From IMG/VR virus record IMGVR_UViG_3300048577_000305, positions 1-27,128 of that record: a DNA stretch of 27,128 nt; one strand, 5' to 3'. Below, piece by piece: positions 15,974-24,469 of this stretch; positions within the stretch are counted from its first letter, which is position 1; every line of letters starts with the position of its first letter. Made by a program: the position numbers and the translations under genes. The notes below the pieces were generated by a model that was not told the DNA's origin, searched no databases, and saw only the letters and a program-made list of their open reading frames with translations. The stretch comes from a virus. Its lineage: Duplodnaviria; Caudoviricetes.

Positions 15974-18289
15974 CTACTCCGTGGTGTGGATGCGCTGCTC
16001 GACCAGGTAGGTCCGCCGCGCATTGTTGGTGGTGCCGACCGTGCGGATCTTGACCGCCGTGACGCCCGGCGCATCGAACGAGAACGTCCACACCTTCTCG
16101 ACCGCGTCGGTGCGGGCGAGGCCGTCGGCGCCGACGACCGGCTTGGTGGTGACGGTCGCGTGCGTCTTCGTGCTCGCATAGCTGGCGCCGTAGAGCAGCG
16201 TGACGACGGCGGTGTGCCGCGCCGCCTCCCAGGCGCTGAGCGTCTCGCGCACCTCGACGCCGGTCACGGCCGAGCTGAAGGCGTAAGCCGTGGAGACGTG
16301 GGAGAAGTCGTCGTCGGCCCGGAAGACGTGGACCTCGGAGGCGCCGAGATCGAGCAGCGGCATCGCCCACTGAGTGCCCGTGATCAGCACCCGGAAATCG
16401 TAGTAGGGCGTGACGCCGGCGCCGAACAGCGTGTCGTCGCCCTCCGGCGCCTCGATGGTTCGCCACGTCCCGCCGACCTGGAGCTGCCACTGGATCGCGG
16501 CATTCTGCGGCAGGATCGTGCCGGCCCGGATCCGGATGTTGTGGATGCCGCCGTCGAGATTGACGCCCTGCAGGAGCACCGGCAGGCTGGTGTAGTCGAA
16601 CCGGCAATAGCGGACGCCGAAGCACAGATCCTTGGTCAGGTCGCCCGAGAAGAAGACGCCGTCGGTCGAGTCGAACAGCGTGCCCTGCAGGAACTTCTGG
16701 CCCTCGCTGCTGGCGGCGTAGACCTCGCCCGTGGTGGCGAACACCAAGGCGTAGGTCTTGCCGGCCTCGAGCAGCACCGGCACCGAGAACGGGAAGTTCG
16801 TCGCGGCCGGATAGACCTGGAACTGGCTCGCCGCGAGCGTGACGGTCGCCAGCGCCCGGTCCTTGTTCGGCGTGCCGCTGTCGTGGCACTCGACCAGTGC
16901 GGCGGTGATCTCCGAACCCGCCGACCAGCGATCGATGCCGAGCCAGACGCCGGGCGCGTAGCGCTCCTGCGACTGCACCCAGGTCTGCCCCTTGAGGACC
17001 CCGCTGATCGGGTGGGTGACCGGTGCATAATAGTCGTAGGGCGTGACGACGGTCGTGGTCCAGTACTTGCGGACACGCAGAATGCGATGGCCCGCCCAAT
17101 TCAGATTGTCGACGGCGCCGCCGACCTCGTAGGTCTCGGCGCCGATGCGCAGGATGCCGGCGACCGGGTCGTACTGGCCGCTCTGCCACCACGAGGCGTT
17201 CTCGCACACCGTGAACCAGTCGCCGTAGCAGGTCTCCGACCGGCTCATGGTGAGCTGCTTTAGCTCCATGGTCTGGTAGGTGGTGCCCCCGAGCGGCACC
17301 GAGCCGGCGCGGGTCCAGTTACTCAGACCCTCCACGGCCGTGTACTTGGCGCAGACGAATCCCGCCGCGGCATGCCGCAGGTTCGGGTCGTTCGGGTTGT
17401 AGACGGCGATCGGCGACTTGTCCTCGTTCGCGGCCGGGAAGCGGATGCCTTCCTGGACGGTCGCCTTGTAGTCCACGTTGCCGACGTCGCTCTCGGTCGT
17501 GGCCAGAAACCGATCGGCGCCGTAGGGCGAGCCGGTGTCGGGGATGGCCAGCGTATCCTTCAGCACGGCGACGTCGCCGACGACCGCCCGGAAGGCCGCA
17601 TAGGACACGCCGCCCCGCAGCCGCGCCGCGAGCGCCGCGAGGTCGTTGCGCAGGCCGGCGATCTCCTGGTCGACGAGCTTGAACTTGTCGCTCAGTGCCG
17701 TGTAGGCGGCGGCCAGCACGTCGAGCTCCGGCGCCTCGTTCTCGGTGCGGCGGGTGACGGCGACGATGCCGCCGGTTCCGATCAGGATGTCGGCGATGCC
17801 CACCGCGCCGGCCGGCACCGAGGGCTTCTGCGGCGCGGCGCTCGGCGCGCCCGGATAGAGCGTGAGGACCGCCTCGCGGACGCGCGCCCGGGCGGCGGTC
17901 GCCGGAACCTGCTGGATCGCCGTGCCGCCGCCCGACTGGGCGATCTCGCGCTCGTAGTTGCGCGCCTCGACATAGCCGTCGACCTCGCGGCCCTGGCCGA
18001 TCAGCGTGACATAGACCTGCTGGCCGGCCAGGAACGGCACGTAGCCGGCGACCGACATGTCGAGGTCGGCCTCCATCGCGTACATGGCGCCGGCGTCGTA
18101 GATGCGGCCCGCCGTGACCTCGATCGCCGTGGTCCCGGTCGCCGTGACTGTGAACCCCTTGAACAGCCGCCCGGACACCAGGAGATCGTCCGTGAGGGTG
18201 CGGACGCCGTCCTGCGGGAACGCCCCCATGCGCTCCAGATCCTCGTCCGTGACCTCCTGATCGATGTCGACCACGACCCGCTTGAACAT
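15974..18289 (-). CDS. Large baseplate/tail-fibre structural protein (771 aa)
   Basis: GGAGG RBS; beta-rich, Thr/Gly-rich sequence with a central coiled coil; occupies the position of P2 fibre gene H after gpI. Confidence 0.75.
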   Translation of the reverse strand: MFKRVVVDIDQEVTDEDLERMGAFPQDGVRTLTDDLLVSGRLFKGFTVTATGTTAIEVTAGRIYDAGAMYAMEADLDMSVAGYVPFLAGQQVYVTLIGQGREVDGYVEARNYEREIAQSGGGTAIQQVPATAARARVREAVLTLYPGAPSAAPQKPSVPAGAVGIADILIGTGGIVAVTRRTENEAPELDVLAAAYTALSDKFKLVDQEIAGLRNDLAALAARLRGGVSYAAFRAVVGDVAVLKDTLAIPDTGSPYGADRFLATTESDVGNVDYKATVQEGIRFPAANEDKSPIAVYNPNDPNLRHAAAGFVCAKYTAVEGLSNWTRAGSVPLGGTTYQTMELKQLTMSRSETCYGDWFTVCENASWWQSGQYDPVAGILRIGAETYEVGGAVDNLNWAGHRILRVRKYWTTTVVTPYDYYAPVTHPISGVLKGQTWVQSQERYAPGVWLGIDRWSAGSEITAALVECHDSGTPNKDRALATVTLAASQFQVYPAATNFPFSVPVLLEAGKTYALVFATTGEVYAASSEGQKFLQGTLFDSTDGVFFSGDLTKDLCFGVRYCRFDYTSLPVLLQGVNLDGGIHNIRIRAGTILPQNAAIQWQLQVGGTWRTIEAPEGDDTLFGAGVTPYYDFRVLITGTQWAMPLLDLGASEVHVFRADDDFSHVSTAYAFSSAVTGVEVRETLSAWEAARHTAVVTLLYGASYASTKTHATVTTKPVVGADGLARTDAVEKVWTFSFDAPGVTAVKIRTVGTTNNARRTYLVEQRIHTTE

Positions 18290-18304
18290 GATGATGATGC
18301 CTCC

Positions 18305-19609
18305 TCAGCGAACCCGCACGGCGACGCCGGCCCGGGTGGTGTCGGGCAGCCGCGCGAGATCGCCCCAGCGGAGCGCCCTGACGGACCCGAGGTTGAGATG
18401 GAGCGTGTCGCGCGCCGCGGCCGTCAGGCCGATCGCGGTCTCGATCTCGGCGATGCGCGCCGCCGGACCCTGGCGCAGGAACCGCCCGGTCGGCGGGAAG
18501 GACCGCCTGGCCGGCCCTGGCGCGTGCACCAGCAGCCCGGCCGTGAACGGTGCCCGGCGCAGCCGCGTCACACCGACCGTGTTGCGCATGCGGCCGAGCG
18601 CCGCCGAGGTACCGTCAGCGAGCCGGATCGACAGATAGGCCTGCTCGTCGGCCCGGTTCGGCCGCACGCCGCGCCGCCGCGACCCGCCCGCGAACCAGCC
18701 GCGGCCGCCCGGCCGCGCCTCCCACAGGCGGCGCGGCGCGACGTCGACCGGCGTCATCGCGGCGACCGTGGCGTTCGGCAGGAAGCGCTCGCCGGTCGCG
18801 ACGAAGGACAGCGGGACGACGCGCTGGCCGGCGAGGCGCCCGTCGGCGACGAACCGGCCGCGCAGGCGGTGCCCGGTCTTCAGCGTGCTCCGCAGGTCGC
18901 CCGGGATCACCAGGCTCTCGGGGAGGTCCAGCACCCGCCCATAGGGGTCGACCTTGACGCCGGCAAAGGCGAGCGTCTGGACGCGGCCGTCGCGCCGCAG
19001 CTCGGCGCGCCAGCGGCCGAGCGCCACGCGCTTCGCCGAGCCGGCGAAGAACCGCCCGAGGAAGCGGCCTTTCAGGGTCCTTTGAGAGATGCTCAGCTCG
19101 CCCGCCGTCAGCGCCAGGGCGAGCCCGATCGGTGCGCCCGTGCCCGGCACGATCGTGGCGAACGGCACCGGCCGGTACCGGATCTTGTAGTCGGCCGTGT
19201 AGATGCGGATCTCGGGCAGTCCGTCGAGCCACGCCTGGTGTGACTCCGGCGTCGGCCCGGCGCCGGCCCAGAAGGCGTGGCGCGGCAGGCTCGCCTTGAC
19301 CAGCTCGGCGTCGACATAGCCGAGCGCCATGCGATAGCCGGCGACCGTGGTCTTGGCCTCGTGATACGCGCGGCTCTCGGCGACCACCTGGCGCTTGCGG
19401 TGCAAGGGCCACGCGGGCTTCCAGATGTCGACCGACCAGGCCCAGGCGAGCAGCGGCAGCTGCGCCTCGGGACAGGTCCATGGATCCCACAGTGTGCGAA
19501 GAAGAGCGGCCTCGGCGAACAGCACCGGCCACTGGTCGGCATTGACCAGGCTGTGGCAGCGCTCGGCCGTGCCGGCGATCGGCAGAAGCGACGGGAAGGC
19601 GGCGCTCAT
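18305..19609 (-). CDS. Tail protein I (P2 gpI-like baseplate wedge) with long C-terminal extension
   Basis: LRTLWDPWTCPEAQLPLLAWAWSVDIW...W....KRQVV motif; ATG overlaps the gpJ stop. Confidence 0.9.
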   Translation of the reverse strand: MSAAFPSLLPIAGTAERCHSLVNADQWPVLFAEAALLRTLWDPWTCPEAQLPLLAWAWSVDIWKPAWPLHRKRQVVAESRAYHEAKTTVAGYRMALGYVDAELVKASLPRHAFWAGAGPTPESHQAWLDGLPEIRIYTADYKIRYRPVPFATIVPGTGAPIGLALALTAGELSISQRTLKGRFLGRFFAGSAKRVALGRWRAELRRDGRVQTLAFAGVKVDPYGRVLDLPESLVIPGDLRSTLKTGHRLRGRFVADGRLAGQRVVPLSFVATGERFLPNATVAAMTPVDVAPRRLWEARPGGRGWFAGGSRRRGVRPNRADEQAYLSIRLADGTSAALGRMRNTVGVTRLRRAPFTAGLLVHAPGPARRSFPPTGRFLRQGPAARIAEIETAIGLTAAARDTLHLNLGSVRALRWGDLARLPDTTRAGVAVRVR

Positions 19610-20550
19610 GCCTCGATCCCCCAGCCGACCGTGATGGCGGAGATCCACGGCGCGCCGTCGATGCCGCCGGCGACGTCGGCGGCCGGCGCGATCACGTCGA
19701 CGTGCCGCACCGCGCCGGACTTCGCCACCGCCCCGATCGCCTGGACGTGCAGCGTCTCGCCGATCTTGTGGCGCTCGGCGCCGAGCGCCGCGATCGCTGC
19801 CGCTGCCGCTGCTACAGCGGCAGCCGGATCCGGCCCGCGCGGCACCCACAGCTTGACGCTGACCGGCGTCGGCACAATGCGGGCCGGGTAGACCGTGACG
19901 ATGTCGGTGGACTGGCTCGCGGCCTCGCCGTCGAAGGCAGACTGAAGGTCGCCGACGAGGGTCTCGGGCGGCGTGCCGTCGCCGGCCCGGGCCAGCACGA
20001 TCAGGTCGAGCCAGCCGGCCGGACGCTTGCGGGTGCGGACGTGCTTGACGCGGTCGCCATAGAGCTTGCGCACCCGCCACTCGTAGCCGCCGGGCGTCAG
20101 GCCATAGAGCGGCCGCGCCTCGTCGGAGAGCTGGGCGCGCTGGCGGAACTCGTCGTCGCTTTCGGCGACCATGTCGGCGCCGCCGGCCGTGCCGGACAGC
20201 ACCAGGCGCTCGGTCGCCTTGTAGGTGCCGGCGAGATGGTCGAGATCGGCGCAGACCGCGGTCGCCAGCCGCAGCGCGTTCGCATGGTCGTTGATCGCCT
20301 GCAGGACGTTGATCTCGCCGAACGCGAATTCTTGCGCCAGCACCACGCCGGCATCGAACTGGGTCACCGAATTGCCGGCGTCGTCGATCACGTCGAAGAC
20401 CGGCAGCTCGGGGTTCTTGATGCGCGCCGCATCCCACCGGGCCTTGAAGTCGAGGAGCCGCACCCGCAGCGTCGCCTCGAAGTCGATCGCCGTCAGCGTC
20501 GGCGCGCCGATGCGCGACAGGTCGAGCGTGTCGGCCGTCCAGGCGGTCAT
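19606..20550 (-). CDS. Baseplate assembly protein J (P2 gpJ / gp47 family)
   Basis: LDLSRIGAP...IDFE, LATAVCADLDHLA and ESDDEFRQRAQL motifs. Confidence 0.92.
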   Translation of the reverse strand: MTAWTADTLDLSRIGAPTLTAIDFEATLRVRLLDFKARWDAARIKNPELPVFDVIDDAGNSVTQFDAGVVLAQEFAFGEINVLQAINDHANALRLATAVCADLDHLAGTYKATERLVLSGTAGGADMVAESDDEFRQRAQLSDEARPLYGLTPGGYEWRVRKLYGDRVKHVRTRKRPAGWLDLIVLARAGDGTPPETLVGDLQSAFDGEAASQSTDIVTVYPARIVPTPVSVKLWVPRGPDPAAAVAAAAAAIAALGAERHKIGETLHVQAIGAVAKSGAVRHVDVIAPAADVAGGIDGAPWISAITVGWGIEA

Positions 20551-20990
20551 GACGTCGCCCCCGGGCCGGCGGACGCACCCGAGACCGCGGCCGTACCGCG
20601 CGCCAGGGCCGTGATCGGCACCCGGGCGTCGGCGTCCTCGGCGACCGTGTAGTCGCCGAGATGGCCGAACGGCCAGAACACGTAGGAGAGCACGAAGGCG
20701 ATGGCGCCGTTGCGGCCGTCGACCAGCTCCGGCTCGATCTTGCGGAACCGGATCGCCGGCTCCTGCGAGTGCACGGCCGTCACCATCTCGGCATAGGCGC
20801 GCAGCACGTTGGCGGCCGTCAGGTTCTCGCCGCGCAGGGGCGCGAGATCGGCGCCGAGGTCGAGCCGCATCACGCGGGTGCCGATCCGGGTGGCGAGGAT
20901 CCGCCGCACGCACGATTCCGCGTGAGCCCGGCCGCGCAGCAGGCGGCCGGTCTCCGGGTCGATGCCGGTGCGGGTGGTCCTCGCCGCCAT
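20547..20990 (-). CDS. Baseplate wedge protein W / gp25 family
   Basis: GIDPETGRLL...ILATRIGTRVMRLDLGADL...QEP motif. Confidence 0.9.
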   Translation of the reverse strand: MAARTTRTGIDPETGRLLRGRAHAESCVRRILATRIGTRVMRLDLGADLAPLRGENLTAANVLRAYAEMVTAVHSQEPAIRFRKIEPELVDGRNGAIAFVLSYVFWPFGHLGDYTVAEDADARVPITALARGTAAVSGASAGPGATS

Positions 20991-20992
20991 GA

Positions 20993-21220
20993 TCAGGCGC
21001 CCTTGCGGCCGGCTGGTGCCGGCGCGGTCGCCGCTTTCGCCTCCGTCGCCGCCTCGACGGCCGGCTCGGCCACCGGCTCGGCCGTGACCGGCGAGAGCCC
21101 GCCCCAGGGCAGCTCGGCCGCGGCCTCGCGCTCGGTCAGGGCGACGATCTCGCCGACCTGGCGCATGCGCCCGCCGATCGGGCGCCGGGTGGTGATACGG
21201 TAGGCTTTCGGGTCGTTCAT
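20993..21220 (-). CDS. Hypothetical phage protein (75 aa)
   Basis: GAGG RBS; MNDPKAYRIT...VGEIVALTEREAAAEL; lies between V and W. Confidence 0.7.
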   Translation of the reverse strand: MNDPKAYRITTRRPIGGRMRQVGEIVALTEREAAAELPWGGLSPVTAEPVAEPAVEAATEAKAATAPAPAGRKGA

Positions 21221-21233
21221 CTGCTTTTTTCCT

Positions 21234-21920
21234 CTAGGTTCCGCCGCCGCCGGCCGCGGCAGCCTCCAGCTCGGCGACCTTCGGGTCCGCGATGAACGGA
21301 CTGCCGATCCGGACCTTCTGCGCGTCCTCCAGACCCTCGACCACGACCTTCTTATGGCCCTGGCCATCCTTGCCGCCGACGCCGAGATGCGTCTCTCCGA
21401 CGGTGTGGACCTTGCCGCCGACGACGTTGACGGCGCCGGGCTTGAGCTCGACCTCGGCGTCGCCGGACTGGGCCGTCACCTTCTGCGGTGCCTTGATCGT
21501 GATGGTCTTGTCGTCGAGCACGATGCGGGTGTCGCCGCGCTCGATGATCAGGTCCTCGCTGCCCTTCGGCGCCGGGTGATCGTCGTCGAACGGACCGCGG
21601 ATCGCCCACGAGCCGGAGCCGAGCACGCCGGAGGGCGACAGCACCATCATGCGCTCGCCGACCACCGGCTTCGCCTTGATCTTCAGATCGCCCGAGGCGA
21701 CCGGCTGCACCGGAACCCAAGGGCCCTTCACCACCTCCCCGGTCGCCGGGTCCTTGCCGATCTCGGTGCGGACGTGCCAGTCGTCCTTGATCTCCTTGAC
21801 CTCGGTCACCTTGCCGGACAGCACGACGCGGGCGAGCCGCTGGTCGACCTCGACCAGGCGCGCCTCCAGCTTGCGCAGATAGGCCTCGAAGCGGCGGACA
21901 TAGGGGTCGGACGCGCTCAC
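21234..21920 (-). CDS. Baseplate assembly protein V (spike, gpV/Mu gp45-like)
   Basis: GKVTEV...GPWVP...PVVGERMMVLSPSG OB-fold pattern followed by beta-helix-like repeats. GTG start overlaps the upstream stop. Confidence 0.88.
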   Translation of the reverse strand: MSASDPYVRRFEAYLRKLEARLVEVDQRLARVVLSGKVTEVKEIKDDWHVRTEIGKDPATGEVVKGPWVPVQPVASGDLKIKAKPVVGERMMVLSPSGVLGSGSWAIRGPFDDDHPAPKGSEDLIIERGDTRIVLDDKTITIKAPQKVTAQSGDAEVELKPGAVNVVGGKVHTVGETHLGVGGKDGQGHKKVVVEGLEDAQKVRIGSPFIADPKVAELEAAAAGGGGT

Positions 21921-22498
21921 GCCGGGCCTCCCTCGTCCACGGTCTCGACCGTACCGTCCCAACCGGATTCGACGTCGGTCACCAGCACGCGTGCCAGCGG
22001 ATCGGGCCCGAGCCCGATCAGCGACTGCTTCCAGGTCACGGCGTAGAAGGCCGAGCCCTTGGCGAAGGTCTCGGAGGTGAACAGCGGCCTCACCTCGGCA
22101 TCCTCGGGCGCCGTGATCGACGAGAGCCCCCACCGGGCCGTCTCCCAGTCGGCCAGCACGGCAATGAGCCCGTGCGACAGCGCGAAGGCGACCTCCTGGC
22201 GCGGCGTCGCCCGCCCGGCGATCGCCATGTCCTCGGTCACCACATAGGCGGCGCACTCGAGCGCGAGCGTCCAGTCGCCGCCGACACCGACCGGGCCGCG
22301 CCAGCGGGTCAGCGCCACGGCGATCATGGGCGGCAGAAAGATGTCCTTCTCGATCAGGTCGGAGACGTCGATCCGGCCCGGATGCGAGCGCACCGTGACG
22401 CCCGGAAACAGCGGCTTCAAAGCCGCTTCGATCGCAGGGAGAAACCCGACCAGGCGCGAGCCCGCCAGCCGCTCCGCGATGGTGGCGGGCGCGATCAT
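21917..22498 (-). CDS. Putative tail terminator/completion protein (Mu gp37-like)
   Basis: Synteny between gpG-like and V genes; VRSHPGRID...FYAVTWKQ pattern. Confidence 0.6.
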   Translation of the reverse strand: MIAPATIAERLAGSRLVGFLPAIEAALKPLFPGVTVRSHPGRIDVSDLIEKDIFLPPMIAVALTRWRGPVGVGGDWTLALECAAYVVTEDMAIAGRATPRQEVAFALSHGLIAVLADWETARWGLSSITAPEDAEVRPLFTSETFAKGSAFYAVTWKQSLIGLGPDPLARVLVTDVESGWDGTVETVDEGGPA

Positions 22499-23016
22499 GG
22501 TCCGCCTCCGGCGGACAAGCCGCCTCCGGCGGAAGAGCCCCCGAACAGGCGCGACATCCAGTCGGTCGCGAGCCGCTCGACCTTCTCGCGGTCCTCGGCC
22601 GAGAAGCCGACGAAGGGCCGCGCCGGAATCGTCACGCTCCTGGCGAACACGGTCTTGCCGCCGACCTTGAAGACCAGGCGCTGCGCCGTCTTCGGCGTGA
22701 TGGTCGCGCCGTCCTGGTGGACATGGGCGTACTCCCAGGACGAGCCGACCTCGACCTGATCGCCGCCGGCGATGAAGGCAATCGAGTCGAGCAGGTGACG
22801 TCCGCTCTCCAAGAGGATCGAGGTGCCGGCCCGATTCGGCGCCCAGGCGGCGCCGTCCGGCGACGTCTTGGTGGAGCTGATGCGCTCGCGCGTCGAGGCC
22901 TCGAGCACGCCGCCGATCTCGGTCAGCAGCTCCTCGGTCTCGGCGCCGGAGAGGCGCGAGGTCAGCGCGTTCAGCTGATCGAGGCCGGACGTGTCGACGA
23001 TGATCGCGACGCTCAT
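22495..23016 (-). CDS. Phage virion morphogenesis protein (Mu gpG / P2 gpS family)
   Basis: SPDGAAWAP, ILLESG.LLDSI, VGSSWEYAHVHQDG and IPARPFVGFS motifs; GGAG RBS before ATG at 23016. Confidence 0.9.
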   Translation of the reverse strand: MSVAIIVDTSGLDQLNALTSRLSGAETEELLTEIGGVLEASTRERISSTKTSPDGAAWAPNRAGTSILLESGRHLLDSIAFIAGGDQVEVGSSWEYAHVHQDGATITPKTAQRLVFKVGGKTVFARSVTIPARPFVGFSAEDREKVERLATDWMSRLFGGSSAGGGLSAGGGP

Positions 23017-23037
23017 GCGGCTGCTCCGCAGCCCCGA

Positions 23038-23126
23038 GCGAGTAGCGAATAGCGAGTAGCGAATAGGGGGAGACCGGGCCGCGGATTGCCCCTTTCCCGA
23101 CTCGCTACTCGCCATTCGCTATTCGC
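23038..23126. repeat. Inverted heptamer-repeat element: (GCGARTA)4 ... 33-bp spacer ... (TAYTCGC-like)4
   Basis: Left arm GCGAGTA GCGAATA GCGAGTA GCGAATA (23038-23065); right arm GACTCGC TACTCGC CATTCGC TATTCGC (23099-23126). Confidence 0.9.
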
Positions 23127-23137
23127 CCGCTTTCCCA

Positions 23138-23611
23138 TCACCAGTCCCTCAGGCGGTCGCGCGTGAACAGGCGTTCGTTGCCGACCACGATCGCCTCGTT
23201 GGGCGACACGCCACCCTCCGGCGCGCCGGCTCCGGGGTCGCCGGCGCCGGCGCCGCCCGGACCGTCGAAGGTCAGAGCCGCCTTGCCGGCCGCCATCGCG
23301 GCGAGGCGGGCGATCGCCACGTCGTAGCGCTCCTTGATCCGCTCGTTGCTCCGGCCGAAGGAGAGCGCCACGCGGTAGAGGGCGATGTCGATCGTGTAGA
23401 GCCGCAGCGTGGCGCGCGCGTCGTCGTCGATCCGGGCGAGCTCGTCGCGGGTGTAGCGGGCAGCCAGGATTGCCCGCACCTCGGCCGTGGCGTCGTCGAG
23501 CCCAGCGACGATGCGGCCGTCGTCGCGCACCCGCGTCGTCTCGTCAGCGGCCAGGATGGTCGCCTCGGCCGGGTAACGGGCCAGCACGTCGGCCAGGGCG
23601 GCGAAGCTCAT
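23138..23611 (-). CDS. Head-tail connector, Mu gp36 / DUF1320 family
   Basis: MSFAALADVLARY...LDDATAEVRAILAARY...DIALYRV...IKERYDVAIARLAAMAAGKAAL...FTRDRLRDW. Confidence 0.88.
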   Translation of the reverse strand: MSFAALADVLARYPAEATILAADETTRVRDDGRIVAGLDDATAEVRAILAARYTRDELARIDDDARATLRLYTIDIALYRVALSFGRSNERIKERYDVAIARLAAMAAGKAALTFDGPGGAGAGDPGAGAPEGGVSPNEAIVVGNERLFTRDRLRDW

Positions 23612-23883
23612 CGGCCACCCCCGAGCTCGTCCCGCACGGCGGCGAGCACGGCCTGGTGCGCCGCGATCGTGTCGGCGACCGCGCAGCTCGCCAGCGCCAG
23701 CGCGCGGATGCGGCGGCCGTCGATGCTCGCGAGCGAGGCGGCCAGGCTCTCGACCATCGCCTCCAGGGTTGCGATGCGCGCGTCGCGTGCCGCGATGATG
23801 CCCCGGGCGGCGCGCAGCCGGCCGGCCTGGACGCCGGCCGGCTCGTCGGCCGGCTCGTCGGGCATGGGGATGCCGTCGGTCAT
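23608..23883 (-). CDS. Hypothetical coiled-coil protein (91 aa)
   Basis: Stop overlaps the gp36 ATG; ARDARIATLEAMVESLAASL heptad pattern. Confidence 0.6.
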   Translation of the reverse strand: MTDGIPMPDEPADEPAGVQAGRLRAARGIIAARDARIATLEAMVESLAASLASIDGRRIRALALASCAVADTIAAHQAVLAAVRDELGGGR

Positions 23884-23885
23884 GA

Positions 23886-24110
23886 TCAGGCGCCGTCCGG
23901 GCCGGAGAGGTTGGTGGCGACTCCCGAGGCGCGGCGCAGGCAGTCGAGCGCGGCGTCGGCGAAGCCGAGCGCGTGGCTCATGAACTTCGCCTCGGCCTTC
24001 TCGCTGTCGACGCCGGCCATGCGTTCGGCCAGCTCGCGCAGCGATGTGCCTGCGTGGAACGCCTTGCGACCGTCCTGATACGCGGACTCGTCGAAATTGA
24101 CCTGGGGCAT
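23886..24110 (-). CDS. Hypothetical protein (74 aa)
   Basis: AGGAG RBS 5 nt before ATG at 24110; MPQVNFDESAYQDGRKAFHAG... It is the tail of the spurious 848-aa track ORF. Confidence 0.75.
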   Translation of the reverse strand: MPQVNFDESAYQDGRKAFHAGTSLRELAERMAGVDSEKAEAKFMSHALGFADAALDCLRRASGVATNLSGPDGA

Positions 24111-24235
24111 GGGGGCTCCTGTCTGCGTCCCGGGGGAGACGGCCGCAGCGGCGGACCGCTGCGGCCATGGCCCTTTCGGGCCGCACGTCCCGCACCCCCG
24201 TGACGGGACGTGATCGGTCCCGACCGCCGTGGCGG

Positions 24236-24415
24236 TCAGGCAGGCGGCATCTCGCGGATGCGGATCTGCCGCGTCTGAGTGATGTAGAAATCGCGCACGC
24301 TCTTCGGCGTGACGATCTCGACGAACTCGCTCGTCGTGCCGTCCTCGCGCGTATCGATGTTGGTCACCTCCACCGGTCGCCCGGCATGCGCGTTCACGGT
24401 GACTGTCGTGGTCAT
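24236..24415 (-). CDS. Hypothetical small beta-rich protein (59 aa), absent from the ORF track
   Basis: GAGG RBS; manual translation MTTTVTVNAHAGRPVEVTNIDTREDGTTSEFVEIVTPKSVRDFYITQTRQIRIREMPPA*. Confidence 0.75.
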   Translation of the reverse strand: MTTTVTVNAHAGRPVEVTNIDTREDGTTSEFVEIVTPKSVRDFYITQTRQIRIREMPPA

Positions 24416-24469
24416 GGGATCCTCGCTTTCGATCGTCGGCGGTGCGCGCCCGAACAGTCGGGTGCGGGG

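Noticed and set aside
13700-18289. Invertible tail-fibre cassette (gin/G-segment)
   Set aside because: All fibre-region genes are co-oriented, with no invertase or flanking inverted repeats seen.
18287-18299. Short (CAT/ATG)n run before the 771-aa gene as a phase-variation tract
   Set aside because: Only about four units forming the RBS-start spacer; too short to support.
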